Below are positions 24,601 through 38,500 of a DNA stretch of 64,000 nt, one piece after another (positions within the stretch are counted from its first letter, which is position 1; every line of letters starts with the position of its first letter). The stretch is from Gordius albopunctatus (lineage: Eukaryota), in assembly GCA_964276515.1 (NCBI GenBank), contig OZ193909.1, forward strand, positions 13,268,001 to 13,332,000, given 5' to 3'. Both the position numbers and the translations under genes were made by a program. Below the pieces are notes generated by a model, which did not search any database, was not told where the DNA came from, and saw only the letters and a list, made by a program, of their open reading frames with translations.

Positions 24601-27422
24601 TTAACTTATAGTCGATTAATCAATAATTCGCTAGAATTAAGCAGCGATTCAACCTTTAATCTAAAACTAAAAAAAACATAAATGTGAAATAAACTTAAAA
24701 TTGGATCAGTTTTTGGAATCGATAAAAAATTTATCCGTAAAAACGCTGTTAACTCATAGAACGATCGCTAAAACTATTATAATTGACTAATTTTCAATTA
24801 ACATCTTGTTTGAAAAGCTTAGAAGACATATTCGAATAGATTAGCGTTAATTTTAACTAACGAGCGTACACTAAAATTTGAGTGAAAACAATACCCCTGC
24901 AATGAATACCAACCCAAATATAAAAAAGTAAAAGATTGGTGAGGGAAATGAGATCCCTATAATTGACCTAATTAAGATCGAACTTTCTCGAAAGCTTTCA
25001 CTTTGCAATTTAGGCACTTTCATTCAGCGGTATAATTATAAAAAATGAAGCGAGTGATACTTAATAGGCATGTAGTAGATGGCATTTTTTCAACCAAAGG
25101 ATTAGCGCAGATTAAGTTTTTAAAGGTTATAAACGGCGAATGCAATTTTCAATTATCAAAAAAAACATATTCTTCTACTACTAATTATTATTGTTAGCTG
25201 TTAAACGTTACCAAATACATATATCTGCAATTTCGATTCAAGGTAATTACTCTTAATGTGAAGTGTTATTTTAACACCCAAAAGCGGAAGAGGGCTTAAA
25301 CCCCCCCCCCCAAAATGCATTTAACTTTTTTTAAAACCATCCCCATAAATCTTACAGCAGCCAGTCACACTCCATATTACCCTTCGCCGATGAAGTCCTT
25401 GGTATTTTAATTCCCGATCCAAAGGATGATATGCTTCATCAGGCGCAAGGTAAAAATATAGGTATAATATAAACCGAGGCCAAATCCCATTATACCTCCC
25501 CCCGCCCGCCCCCGCCTTGGGCCATTGAAATAAGGAGATAAAAGTGGATTTTTCATCAGTCTTCGGTCTTGTGGTATTGCAACTTTATCGAACCCTCTAA
25601 AATACCTTGGGGCTACGGCAAAGCGTAAAATAAGGGAAGGGGGGAGATGACTTTGACTTGAAGGTAAAATGTATCAGCCAATAGATAAAAAAAAGGGTGA
25701 GAAAAGTAATGCAATAAATGTATGATTTATTAGTTATTTAAAATGAATCATCTTAAACATCGTTTTACATCATTAAATTAAAGACTATCTTAGACACACT
25801 GTGTGTAACATGTTTCAACTAATTTGACATAACACAAAAATTTAGAGTCCGCTATATGTATCGAATTATATTAGCAACCCTGCATTTCTCCTTTATAAAT
25901 TACGTTAAATTGATATTAAAACGCTCTCTTTTTGCTCAGCAGAATCATATAAAAAACGTTATCAAAAAGTTATTTAACAAACAAGTTTTAAACATTTAGG
26001 AAGCAATTTTTTCGAAACGATTGCGAAAAATGTTTTAAGAACTGCAAAGATTTTAACGTATCTCAGTTGAATTTCTTTCGAATTGTTCAAGGTGAAAACA
26101 GTAAATTACAAAAAACGAGCAATCAAAAGGGAGTAAGGAGTTAAATGCGCAACCGGCTAATGCAAATTTAACAGAGAAAAGAGGGGAAAAATTATCGTTA
26201 AATAAGTTTTATAATTGAAATTTTGGATTTAAAGTTAAATGTAAGAGACAATTGGCGTTTTTCAATCAATTGAACTATGCGCCTGTGGTGCATAGGCCTT
26301 TAAATTTGTGCAGCAACAAAAAAAGCCAAATTTTAGGTTGTGAGAAGCTTTATAAAATCTCGATAAACTCAAACAAAAAACCACAAAGGTTAAGCAATAT
26401 AGCATTAACTCCTTAATATTTTGGCAAACCAAGCATAATTTTTAAGAAAAAATAAATGTTCATTTAAAATTATTCTCCTTTAAATTTAAATTAATAAGTT
26501 ATAATTAACCTTTTTCTTGTCTCGCATGGATCCTTTGCCACGTATCATGATTTTACAGCCAGTTTCTTGTTCTAATTGCTTAGATGTCATACCACGTGGC
26601 CCCAAAATGCGTCCGATAAAATTAAACTAGACAATGAAAAAGTTTGAATATATATATGTATATATTTTAATATTAAATACATCTGGGTAGTCCTTGGTTG
26701 GTACATATATCTTTTCGGATAGCGTCATTTTGGGTCCTTTAGGTTCTGGTAAAATGAGCGGTTCAAAATTGGCATGATTATTTGCATTGAGCAATGCAGC
26801 ACGGACTTTGCTAATCTCTAAATAATAATTACATAAATCTAGCTATCATCTATCCCTTTTTAATGTCACTTGAATACTAATTTTTTAAGCAGAGTCGCCA
26901 CCACTCTAGACATGCAGCACTTTTATTAATATATTAATAGTGATTAGCAGAGTGATAAGTTTATGAAATGACATGTTATAATAAACAAAAAAGAGGCTTA
27001 CAAGCAAATTTATTCAAATTAATGTTCAAAATACCCCAAAATATTAGGGGTCAAAGATAAAACTAATGGTTAAAATTCAAACATTTGAAACATAAAAAGA
27101 AAGCTTTTGGAAATAAACTATAATAGTTAAAAATGTACAATTTTAATACCACAAAGACATTTAAAGCAAAAAAAGTATTGCTAAATTTTAAGCGATAACT
27201 TTAATCTAAGATTATTATAAAACATAAAGAACTTAATTAACTATAAATATGCTGAAGGAATAAGAAGCAATTGATATAAGGAAAATAATTGTTATTACCT
27301 TCATCCACAAGTCTCTCAATATGAACAAATGTATTAGGAAAAGCAGAAATTTGCTTTTTATCTTTAAGCAATTGAGCCAAATATTCAGTAGTGCTTTTAG
27401 TATTGTTAGTGCTTTCTCCCAT
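21674..27422 (-). CDS. QKI: STAR-family KH-domain RNA-binding protein, quaking/held out wings ortholog (long isoform)
   Basis: Exons 27422-27299, 26817-26681, 26626-26510, 24241-24098, 23582-23498, 22947-22372, 21735-21674 (1245 nt, in frame). QUA1 [73 protein letters not shown]2 [22 protein letters not shown]; terminal RDHPY. Read-through of the 22371 donor gives a short isoform ending GAYVR* at 22355. Confidence 0.95.
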
Positions 27423-29253
27423 AATGATGTTAATGCTAAGATTTTTTTAAAACTTTAAATAAACAGTAAAAAGACACACCCTTTAGAAGAAAAATATTAA
27501 GTTATCAGCTAAGCATATGGTCAAAAGAAAGATTCAATGTCAATTGTTGTTTGTTTATTTACAAATGGCTTACCTTAACACAAGCCTGAGGTCAAAATTT
27601 ATTTAAATTTTGTTTGGAAATAATACACAAACGCGATTAAACGCATGCGCCTACTTTAATTCATTGATTAATTCATAAAAAGTGGTTGTAAATAACAAAT
27701 GAAATTTGCCATCCGTCGATCATTTGAAGGCCCTCAGGGTACTGATAAAAAATGTTACGCGCCTTTGAAATAAATATAATCACTTAAACTTTACTTAGAA
27801 CTAAGGCTAAATGAATCTTTTACACAATGCAAACGGAAGTAACATTTAATTTTTTCTACGTTATTTAAATCTACAAATATATCCCATTATTGTATTAACA
27901 GTGCTGTTAATTAAATATTGTTTTTACAATAAAAACTTAAACGATTTATTGGAGATTCTAGTAGGATATCTTAGCTAAGACATATATTTGTAATAGTATC
28001 TCATAACTTATAGCTATCCTTGTGAGTAGAGTGTAATAGGTGTTAATTACACATAATGTTCAGAAAGATACTTTGTATATTTTAAGTCAGAAAAATTTTG
28101 TTTTAATTATAAAGCATAAAACATAATTATAAGTGCATTTTATAAGGCAATTTTTCTAAATTTTAATTTAATTCTAAGCCTACAATTCACTTTAAAAACT
28201 TCTGTTTTAATATCAATAATATTTGTACAATTTTTTAATACTAAGAATATGCATCACCATCTCTTGAAATACCATATTATCTTTTGCCTGTTGCAAATTT
28301 TAATGAAATTGGCCTAAAAAGAATGTCACACGACTATACTATAAAAAATGGAGAATAACTGTTGCATATTTCCTATCTATGACATACTTTAACTATAAAA
28401 TAAGATAAGGTACATAGTAATTGTAATTATGAAGACTCAATCATGTCAATTTATTTACAAAAAGTACATTTTTATACATATTAAATTAGATTTACATCTC
28501 ATTACTTATACGTTTAAGATTAAAATGATTTAAATACAATTTTTATCCTATAACTTTGCAATTTTTACATTTTGTCAAGGGCGAATTTGTGACAATTAGA
28601 CTAAATCAAAATGATAGGATTGTCAAATCTTATTTCACAAAAGTAATGTCCCATCTTTTATAAATTTAAAATTAATTTGAGGTATAAAAAATATGATTGC
28701 TATCAAAAAAACTAAGCCGGGCGGGCATTATAGCAAGATTCCGGCAATTTGAGTTTAATGAGATTTTTTCATGTAGTGTTTTTGTTCTAGTGTATTATTC
28801 TGTTACTTTTCATTAAACTTTGGTAGTTAAATCGAAAATAAAGTTTACATTTTTAAATGCAAAAAAAAAAAAAATAGGCTGGGCAGCCTCATAAATTTGG
28901 CATAGACGAACTCTTAGAAGCAGGCGGATCCGGGTGGACAATATCATATAAAATCGGACCGGACCGTGTTAAGGCAAATAAATTTAAATAAATCTGACCT
29001 CTGATTGCTATAGCTGAATGATTTGAAAGATACGTCTTGTTTTCTTTAATGGCAGATGTATATACCTGAGTCATTTATTCCACGTTGCACCTATACAGCA
29101 TCTACAATTGACCAACCATATTTTATAAAGAGCCTAGGTCAAGGATTAGCTCTTTAATATCCGTGTCTGATAGATTTTTCATTGACTTGGGGTATAGGTA
29201 ACCACATAAGTGATTGGCATTATATCGCGACTAATTTACCATACTTTCGCATT

Positions 29254-29255
<2 letters not shown>

Positions 29256-29284
<29 letters not shown>
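29256..29284. repeat. (TA)n microsatellite
   Basis: About 14 TA units seen directly. Confidence 0.9.
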
Positions 29285-29289
<5 letters not shown>

Positions 29290-30716
29290 CCCCTATATTT
29301 AACATTGGGACCAACCAAATTGTCCAATTAAACATACCCGCTAATTAAATTGCAACCAAATTGTTCAATTAAAAATTAAAATATTCAATGAAAACCTGTT
29401 AGACCTTCATCAAAAAATGGTATGATTTTATTGAAGAAATGAGTAGGATAGTGATGAGGAAAATTCTATTATAACTTTAAAGATGAATCTCAATATGTTT
29501 GTTTAAATTAATGTCCTAAAAATACACTTAGCAAAAATCCAATGCTAAATTTGATAGTTTGACCCGATATCTCGCTGATAAAAATCTCGTCTGGTCTCAA
29601 CCTAGATTTTTCCTCTCCATTGAAATTTCTAATAAGTGTGATTCTTAGGACATTGATTTAACAAACATTTTTGAGATACATTCGATAATATATAATAAAT
29701 ACCTTTATGACTAGCTAATAGTAAATCGATTGCCATGCCGTGCAAAATTCAAATTTTAGTAATTTAAGCTTATTTATAAAACTATAATCGATTTATAACC
29801 AGGTCCTGCCCAGCGGTTCCGCTCCTGTAGCTTACAGCAAGGGGCTCCACCTCTTGAATCCCGGCCCTTCTGATGCCGTGGAGCCTTCGCCCTAGGCCTT
29901 TCTACGCTTCGTAGGGAACAATTTATTCGCTATGCAATTTAAGCCCGTCACACCGTTAGCGGTTCGTCAAACCTCGCTAGCGTCCCCGGGTCCCCTTGGG
30001 TCAGTTAATTCTTGCCTCTTCTACAATGCGGATGGAAGTTGATCATTTGCTATTTTAAGTATTGGTGTAAAGAAACGGAACGTAAATTGAGTGTAGAGGA
30101 GCTACTTTCATGCTGGCAATTTTGGCCTAAGTTACGAAATATATCAGCAAAAAGAGGTTACAATGAGAGTCTATTGCCTAAAGCTCGGCTGGTGGTTAAT
30201 TAGGCTTGTAAGCAGAATTGTAGTTTGCCCTAATAAGTGAAAAGTTGTATGCGCGTAAAAAATATGTTCAGGTGCAGAAATAAAAAAGATTTTCTGCTCG
30301 GATGTCTGTAAGACTAAATTGAGTCAACAAACGACCATTTACCATAGATGTAATTTTGCATTAGGAAAAAAGTATTTAGCACCTTTAATAAAAACCTGTG
30401 GCGATTTTAAGATAATTGAATAAAATTTCTTTTGCCATGTATTATATTATTCGTCAGTATATTTATATCGCCAATAATTCATAAATTAGATATTATATGG
30501 TTTTTGATTTGTGTTTATATTATTTATTTCATGTGTTAATTCTCTTTACATCGGGTTATTTAACTATTTCAACAATTACTAAAAATCTGCATATCAATCT
30601 TTACTATAGATTATTTTTATCGCTAAGCAAAATGAGGCATAACGATGAGCGTGCAGATTGTGACGTCAACGAGCGTGTAGGTGTGAGAGATTGGGGGGGG
30701 GGGGGAAAATAAGGTA

Positions 30717-32222
30717 TCTAGGGACGCCTACTTAGGATTTGGTGGGGGGGGATGAGATTTAGAAGCGAGCGGGAGAAGGTATGAAGGGTGCGAAGGTGTT
30801 TAAGGAAATTAGTTGTGGAAAGAATGCCAATAACGTGCTGTAATATGGGAACATTTACAGGTAAGAGCGAAGTCGCACAAATGCTAAAAAGAAGAAAGGT
30901 ACACATGGCTTGTCTACAAGAGACGAGGTGGAACGGAAGCTCGGAAGTTAGAAGAAGGATAAAACCATTCTACAGTGGGTCACCAAATCGTAGAAACGGG
31001 GTCGGTATCGTTCTAAGCGAATTGTTAAAGGACAAGGTGATGCAGATGAAGTACATATTCTTCGATTCATTGGAAAAGGAAATACAAGGAAATATTATTG
31101 GGGCAGATTTCAACGCTCACGAAGTAAAGCTCGGGTTTGAACGCAATCATGGAGGTTATGGGCATGGTCTGAAGAACAAAAAAGAGAAAAACTTCTCCTA
31201 GTATCCTAAGCATACTACACTATTTTTAAGAACGCGAAGATCATATTGTGACTTATAGAAGTGGGAAGCATTTTAGTCAAACTGACTATATGCTCATTAG
31301 GCGAAAGGACTTATGGAATATCAAGGATTGCAAAGTAATACCAGGAGAAGAAATCGCCAGGCAACATCGTCCCCTTGTTATGTATCTTAACAGAAGGGTG
31401 TATTTCCTGAAAGAAGAAAGGTCTATGAACCTCAAATTCGATACGAAAGGCTAAAGGATACGTTGACAAACGAAGAATACAATCATAAAGCCTCCTCACT
31501 CTTGGGAGCAAGGAAGTTGCAATGGGAATAGACGACGACTAGGAGACGCTAACTAAGGACATAAAGGAAATAGTGATTCGTGTTCTAGGACAGACCAAAG
31601 GAGGCAAAGCTATGAATAGGAAACTATGGTTGTGGCATCAATTGGTTAGGGATTTCATCAAAAGAAAGAAAAATCTATATAGACGGAGGCATAAATTAAA
31701 GAAGTCGGATTATCAAGAGTATAAGGACGCAAAGAGGGCCGCAAAAAAGTCCGTTGCAACAGCGAAGAATGCAGCGTACATTGAGATGGCAAACAAACTG
31801 GATTATAAAGGGGGCGATAGGCTTATGTGCAAATTGGCCAAGATAAGGGAGAAGAAAAGTCGCGAGGTCGGAGAACTTAAAATAGTCAAAAACGAAAAGG
31901 GTCAAATCTTATTCAAGCCAAAGGAAGTGATGGAAACGATATTTTAAAAAACTTATGAATATTGCAAATGACAAGGATTCCCTTCCCAAAATTGAGCCAA
32001 ATATAAGTATGGTCGAACTCCTTCGGAGGATGAAGTTAGGAGATAAATGAACAAGATGCAAAAAGGAAAAGCAAATGGCCCAGATGGAATACCTATGAAA
32101 AGCATTGCTCGGATGTCGTGAAGAAGGAGTCAGCACCATAACGAATTTCCTCAACAAGATATCGGTAGAAGAGCCAATTCCTAATCAATGGAGAGCAAGC
32201 ACGATTATACCCTTATTTAAAG
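30717..32222 (+). mobile_element. RTE-clade LINE, degenerate (AP endonuclease to start of RT)
   Basis: CNMGTFTGK...ACLQETRW, NGVGIVL, IIGADFNAH, SQTDYMLIR..IKDCKVIPGE..QHRPLV, KGKANGPDGIP, WRASTIIPLFK; multiple frameshifts; truncated. A 3' fragment (ILDMEVPGKRGGG*PR) lies at about 33410-33580. Confidence 0.9.
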
Positions 32223-32889
32223 TCAAATTTGTGAGCGTACTCTATTAGTAAATAACATATCTGGACGAAATTAAAAGAGATTATTTTGAATTTTAAATGG
32301 GGTTCTATGCTAATAATATTGTTGTTCTTACAATGTCCTAATATATAAATAAGCTATATTTTTATTGCAAATACACTCTACTCTAGCATCTTTTTTATTT
32401 TGTTTTACCGTGCAACAAATTAGTTATAATAAGAGCCAAAGCCTTAAACCAATGGCATTACTTTGAGTCTTATTTAGGAGTCCATGCTATCGTAAATTCA
32501 TAAATGATAATCAAGGTAAGTAGAGGATAACTTGTAAAGTAAAATGTCAATTTTGGCAGTCACACAGGTTTAAACATAATTGTATTATTTTGATAAAAAA
32601 TATAATATAAACTTCAAATAAGCTATATTTCTCCTTTTTTGTAACTATATATATTGTCGAGTGGCAATGTATAGATATTGATCGCCTGCTACAATAATTT
32701 TTTATTGACTTTCCGTTTTAAAGTTCTTCTAATATAGGAATAATTTGTCATTTCGATTTAAAAAAAATTTATTACACATATAATAATTGGATAAATCAAG
32801 GGGAAAATTTATTTCCGATAATATTTTATTAGGCGAGACAAGAAGATCTAGATTTTTAGGCCGAGATTAGATCTTTAATTGTCATAAAA

Positions 32890-33389
32890 TAGAGATGTTG
32901 AGTAACTAGTTTCTGGAACTGATTAATTGTAATAGTTACTTTTATTAAAAAGTAACTGTAACTGTAGTTGGTTACGTAATTTTGGTAATTGTCTAATAAA
33001 GTTACAATTACATTTTATAAATTTAAAAATCATTAATAAACTAGAATATTTAAGTCACTTTCTAGTTGCGCTTTTCGCTGTAAAACATATTATACTAATT
33101 AGACGGATATTAGCATTTAGTTAAATCTTAGAATCGGAACCGTTTAAGTCCTCACGTTTCGTACCAAAAAATTCCAAATTCTAGTCAAAATAGTTTCACT
33201 CTATTTTTTTGAAAGCATCGATCGAGGTAAGAAATATCTAAGCTGGCTATATTATAAGTAAAATAGGTCTGCATCTTCTTAATATTTTTCTTACAATCAC
33301 TTTGGAAAATTCTAATAATCACCATAACTAGTCGTTAAATGCTATTAACAAAAATGTAATTGAAACCTAGTTACTCTCTAACGGCTCTA
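32890..33389. mobile_element. hAT-type MITE with GTAACT subterminal repeats
   Basis: Imperfect TIRs tagagatgttgagtaactag / ctagttactctctaacggctcta; flanks tcataaaa / tcctaaaa (7/8 TSD). Confidence 0.65.
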
Positions 33390-35218
33390 TCCTAAAAGCA
33401 TGGACTAGCGTGATTTTGATTTTGGACATGGAGGTGCCAGGGAAAAGAGGGGGAGGATGACCTCGTGTCCCGTAGAAAGTGCAAATAGACACGGGGTGTT
33501 GGAAACTAAGAAGATGAATTAGGGCATGGCGCTTGATCAATATGGACGAAACTTATCAAAACCCAATACACGATAAAGACAAAATTTTACTTTTTAATGG
33601 ATCGTAAAATGCACCACCTTGTTATAGCCAAGAGACCATAACATTTTTTATTTTATCAATCAGATTTTCTGAGAGAAGAGTTAGTATAAAAAAAATTTAA
33701 ACCTTTGGTGAAACGATTTAATTTTTTGTTAACAATTGTTTTCGCGTCAAATTCCAATTTTTAGAAAAATCTATTTCCATAAGCGGATTATAGTCGTTTA
33801 TAATTTTTCTAAATGAGCAGGGTTATAATTTATAATATAGGATTAGCGAAGATTATTGCCTTGTATGGAAATGAAGCAGCTACTTTTTCCAAGTAATATT
33901 ATTACAGATAATTAATAATGCACACAGATATTTTTAGAGGTGTTAACAATTAATTAGTTACTATCTTAATACTTTTGACTAACAAGCTGTTTTTATTTAA
34001 TGCGACATTGAATTTAAAATATATAGTTAGCTGATTTTCTTTCATAAGAAAAATCAATAATTATAAAATTTCTTAATTATTGGTAAGCTCAACAATATTA
34101 GGGTTTGTATTAATATCGGATTCAGATTCAAATTGCGAGAATTTATCTTTGTCTAACTTAACATCCGAAATTAAAATGTCAATTGTCATGAATACCATGA
34201 AACGATCCCTATAGGGAAGGCGCACGGTATACGAGGAAACAGCGGGTGCTTGATTAATAATTGGCTTCGAAAGGTAGGCTAAGGACGTAAGAAGGTTACA
34301 CAAATTCTAGTCTGAAATCTGACAGGCAAAAAATAAGGAGTTGTTATGGGAATAGAGCAAGGATGCAGCGAATCCTTGGGATTGACAGGCTATGAATAAA
34401 GAATTGGACCGAGAAACGTAGCGGAGAACGCAAACTGTCATTAAGAAAATTCAAGAATCCTTGAAAGTGAAGGGCCATCCATCAAAAGTTGGCGCGAAAA
34501 AATAGGTCAAAGAAGCGAAAGAAATTTCAAAGATAAAACCCGAGCCAGAAAATAAAAGCTATAAAAGCCCAGCGGTAATCAATAAAAAGCAGAACGCTTA
34601 TTTCCGAACGTTTTCAACTTCCCCATTTAGCCGCATTTATCTGATAAGCCCGTAAACTTTTCCCGTTAAGTTGTACCTGCTTATCCCCTATAATCATACG
34701 CACCGTTACTTCAACACGCTGATTATACCCCTTGAACCCCAAGTACCGATAATAAAACCCCAAAAACACTGCCCCCCGCACAGATATTTCGTGACATATG
34801 TTCAAACCCTATACGTCAATAAAATCGAATAAAATTCGTTGCAGTGTTTATGACCTAACATTAGATACCCTAAGATGCTAATACTGGATCACGCAAACTC
34901 AGCCATCAGACCCCTTTCCCGCATACCCGACAATTTACAATTAAAGCCCCGAAAGTAACACCCGCAGACCCGGATATAATTAACTGTTATAACCCCCGGA
35001 TATAACAGTATATAACTGCCCATACCAGAACATGGTGCCCCGGCAGATATAAAAGTGATACCCCTTTTCACATCCCTTGTCCGAAGATAGGAAAAATTAC
35101 CTTTCACGAAATATAAACAATTTATTGTGTATATTAACAAACACACACACATATTCGCGTCAATAAAAAAATATTAATTCCAATTTTCCTAATCTGCCCG
35201 GATGTCCTGTATAAATTT

Positions 35219-37819
35219 TCACAGCCCATCGACGCCGCCATCTTCTTCCGGTTCTCCCTCACCACCCGTCAAAGCAGCTTCTTCGTCATCGTCCGAATTT
35301 TCGTCTCCGTCCACTTCGGCGTTCGCTTGCTCTAACTTTTCCAGTTGTTTCTGCAATTCGGCCTCGTCGCTATCAGTCACTACCGTCGGCTACATTTTCA
35401 TGGAAAAGAATTCAATTTTCGAAAACCTAATTTTTTTAAAAATCGTCTGCCGCACTCTGGGATCGAGGTGAGTTTAAATTATAGTTGTAGGGAAGCAATT
35501 ATATCTGTTTTTACTAAAACAATAATTTGGCATTCTTATAATATACATTTTATAGCTTTTACCAACTCTTGGCCCGTTTTAAATATAATGATTTAAATCT
35601 GCGTATTTGGTATGTATCATACACAATTATATGGAAATAATTGTATTAATTTAAACACAACTTTAAATTTGCCTGATTAAAGGTAAAATATATGAAAAAA
35701 ATAATATTTTAATTGTAAAAATTTTTTTTGTTTAAGTTTATACCCAAATAAGGTGTTGAAACATTTTTACATATTTGCCTATAAGTAGTAAAATTTAACT
35801 ATAAAATTTAATTTTAAAGGGAAACACAATCTGACTGAAGATTTTGATCATTGTTTATTGCTTAACATAATATTGAGTTGATAAATCATATAAGCTACAT
35901 CTTGTTTTAGTCCCCTAAAATAAAGATATAGTAGCAAACCAAAATCTGATCTTTTTAGAAATTTATTTTTTTATTTAAAGATCTAGTTTTTGCAAGTTAT
36001 TATCATTCAAAATATATTATTTTTAGTTGTAGATATAAAAGAGCTATGATAATGTTCTTTTATGAGATAAAGAAGAAATAATAAAAAATTGTGCAAATGT
36101 ACCGGCATTTTAATGTTGAAATGACCTCCACTAGCTTCTATACTCTTTTGGATTAGCTTAATGCTAGCATTTAGGGCATTTAAACCCTCTGTACGTTCAA
36201 GTGTGTTTGTGGTGATGACGTAGAGTGGTGGTGCAATCAAGTTAATCTAGGTTTGAAGCATACATACAATGGACTTGTAAAAATAATTTGGTGAAAAAAA
36301 ACAAGTTTAAAATTTAACTTGTAAACAGATAAAGTTTTAAGATTAGATTTAATAATTGTTATAAAGTTATTAAATGTGTTTCATAATGTAGCAACAAAAA
36401 TTGGCCTTAAAAATCACTTAAAAAAGGGCAACCTGAATGAAATGATTAAATCAATTATATTTAAAGAATATATCATAAATAGTTTATAGATCATATAGTA
36501 AATTTATAAAACTATTACAAAATATTTTATATACAAAACTAATATTGGACAAGAATTAGTAAAAATATGGAATGATAAATTAATGTTAGTAACAGAAAAA
36601 AGTAAACAGTAAATTTTCACTTATAAAATTTTAATTGCAAGCAGATCAATAGAGTATTAATAATTTAGAAAATGCTAGTTGTAGAAAGGAAGTTTACTTT
36701 TATGGGCATGTCTTCAGTTGAACATTCAATTCCCTTCCTTAGAGCATTTTTAATGGCATCTATCCCATAGTAATTGTAGCAAGACACTTCAATATCTAAT
36801 ACATCCAAATGTAGAGGGGGTTAAATAATGAAGCATAAGTGAATCAAGTTAAACCATAAGAATTCAAAAGTTATTCATAAATGCACTTATGGTTCATTTA
36901 CATTAATAAAAAATATCTATAAAAAATCTTAGGGCAATAATGGAGTCATTATATTACAATTATATCAATCCAATAAAAATTTAAAAACTAAAAGGTTAAC
37001 AATACCGGCTCTTATTTTAACTGGTTGAGGGGTTAATCTTCTTTTTATGTTTGTCAAAAGTACTTCCTTTGTGTCATCGTCAATGTTACATTCATCAAAA
37101 ACTTTGGGGTCACTGTATAATTTAGAATGACAAGTTGATAGATTTATAAAATTGCAACACATTATTAATAACAATTCATATTACGCTATGGCGGATTTAA
37201 AAATGTCATAACAAGCAGCTTGTTTCTTAAATTTATCATCAAAATGCCAAGCAACTTTTTGAAACAAATCTTCCAGTTGTTCTTGGGTATCATAGTTCAT
37301 AAGATTGGCAACTTGTCTTAAAATACTATTAACCTATTTAATAGCATGTAAATTACATTTTATTACATGCTAGTGATAGCTTACACTTTTAGCTCTAGCA
37401 AATTTTTCCTCACATGCCTTAATATCTTCTGGTGAAACTCTCCTTTTTGATAGATCAATATATCCTAAAAAAATAGAAGATAATAAGTAAATAATAGATT
37501 TTCTCATTCATTATAAAAAATATATATGATGTTAACTTGTATAAACCTTTATCCTTGTCAACCCTTATTACCACAACACATTCATTTCTTCCAACACGTA
37601 TTAGTTTGTTGATTGATCGAATTCTTCGGCGTGATAATTCACTAAGTAAAATCATGCCTAATCTATATTTCATTTAAAAATATTGCTTTTACCTTCAATA
37701 TTGTCATATTCGAGTAAGGTAACATAAGCTCCCATTTCTGCAATAGAGTGGACGTTTGCAACGACAACATCATCAATTTCTGGATACTTAGTTTTATAAA
37801 ATCTGCATGTGAGTGGCAT
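35219..37819 (-). CDS. EIF2S1: Eukaryotic translation initiation factor 2 subunit alpha
   Basis: Exons 37819-37693, 37657-37547, 37464-37385, 37333-37185, 37112-37006, 36795-36698, 36246-36103, 35389-35219 (987 nt, 328 aa). [36 protein letters not shown] (Ser51 loop), [39 protein letters not shown], acidic tail. Confidence 0.98.
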
Positions 37820-37835
37820 GGCAAAATTATCTAGC

Positions 37836-38500
37836 TGTAACGCAGATTTGGGACAAAGACATACATGTATAAACGCGCTTATTTTTCTCAAAAGACACTT
37901 GCTCTTGTATTTGGATATTTAATAAAACTATCCCGAAATTGGTGACCCCGTTCGGGGGAGCCATATATTTTTTTTAAAAACTCCCCCTGAATACGCCCTT
38001 AAATATTAGGCACTATTTTTGGCAATCCAGCATCCACGATCGAGCTGCAACAAAACTTCAACCTCTTAACACCTCTAGCAATACGTGTCCGACTGTTGTG
38101 ACAAGTTGCCTACCTACCTGTGTGTTTCTACGAAGAAAAACATGATGTTCTACTACACCTCTACATAGACAACAACAACGTCTGCCGAACGCCCGTCCAC
38201 TGCTGCGCATGGCCCTAATCACAAAACCCATCTCAACATCAACACTACATGGCCTCTTGCAACGAGCAAAGACTACGTTCGGCAAAACAATGACACCTAC
38301 TACCAACGTTCTCACCACCGCTTACCGGTTTAGTTGATGACCGATTGCAATTCCACTATAGATACCTCTGCCCGCGGCATGGATCTTATTAATATATTGG
38401 ATAGCATCACAACAACATACACGCAACTCACACCTCGGTCACCTCACTAACAACCACGGTAGGCGGAGACAAAACTGGCTCGTAGTACGAACATCCTTTA
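37836..38500 (+). mobile_element. Heavily deleted Gypsy remnant (short LTR-like segment, PBS, integrase fragment)
   Basis: TGTAACG start, tataaa, aataaa, then TGGTGACCCCG (37940-37950, tRNA-Trp PBS-like). About 38305-38365 reads VLTTAYRFS**PIAIPL and resembles the integrase at about 42560-42615. Confidence 0.55.

Noticed and set aside
28889..29230. ELLEAGGSGW motif suggesting a Polinton/adintovirus fragment
   Set aside because: Only a four-residue motif, followed soon by stops, with no supporting downstream motifs.
29795..30010. GC-rich island, possibly a LINE 3' end or structured RNA
   Set aside because: No motif, TSD or second copy that I could verify.
35202..35596. Ser-rich plus-strand ORFs
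   Set aside because: Antisense shadow of the acidic last exon of eIF2-alpha.
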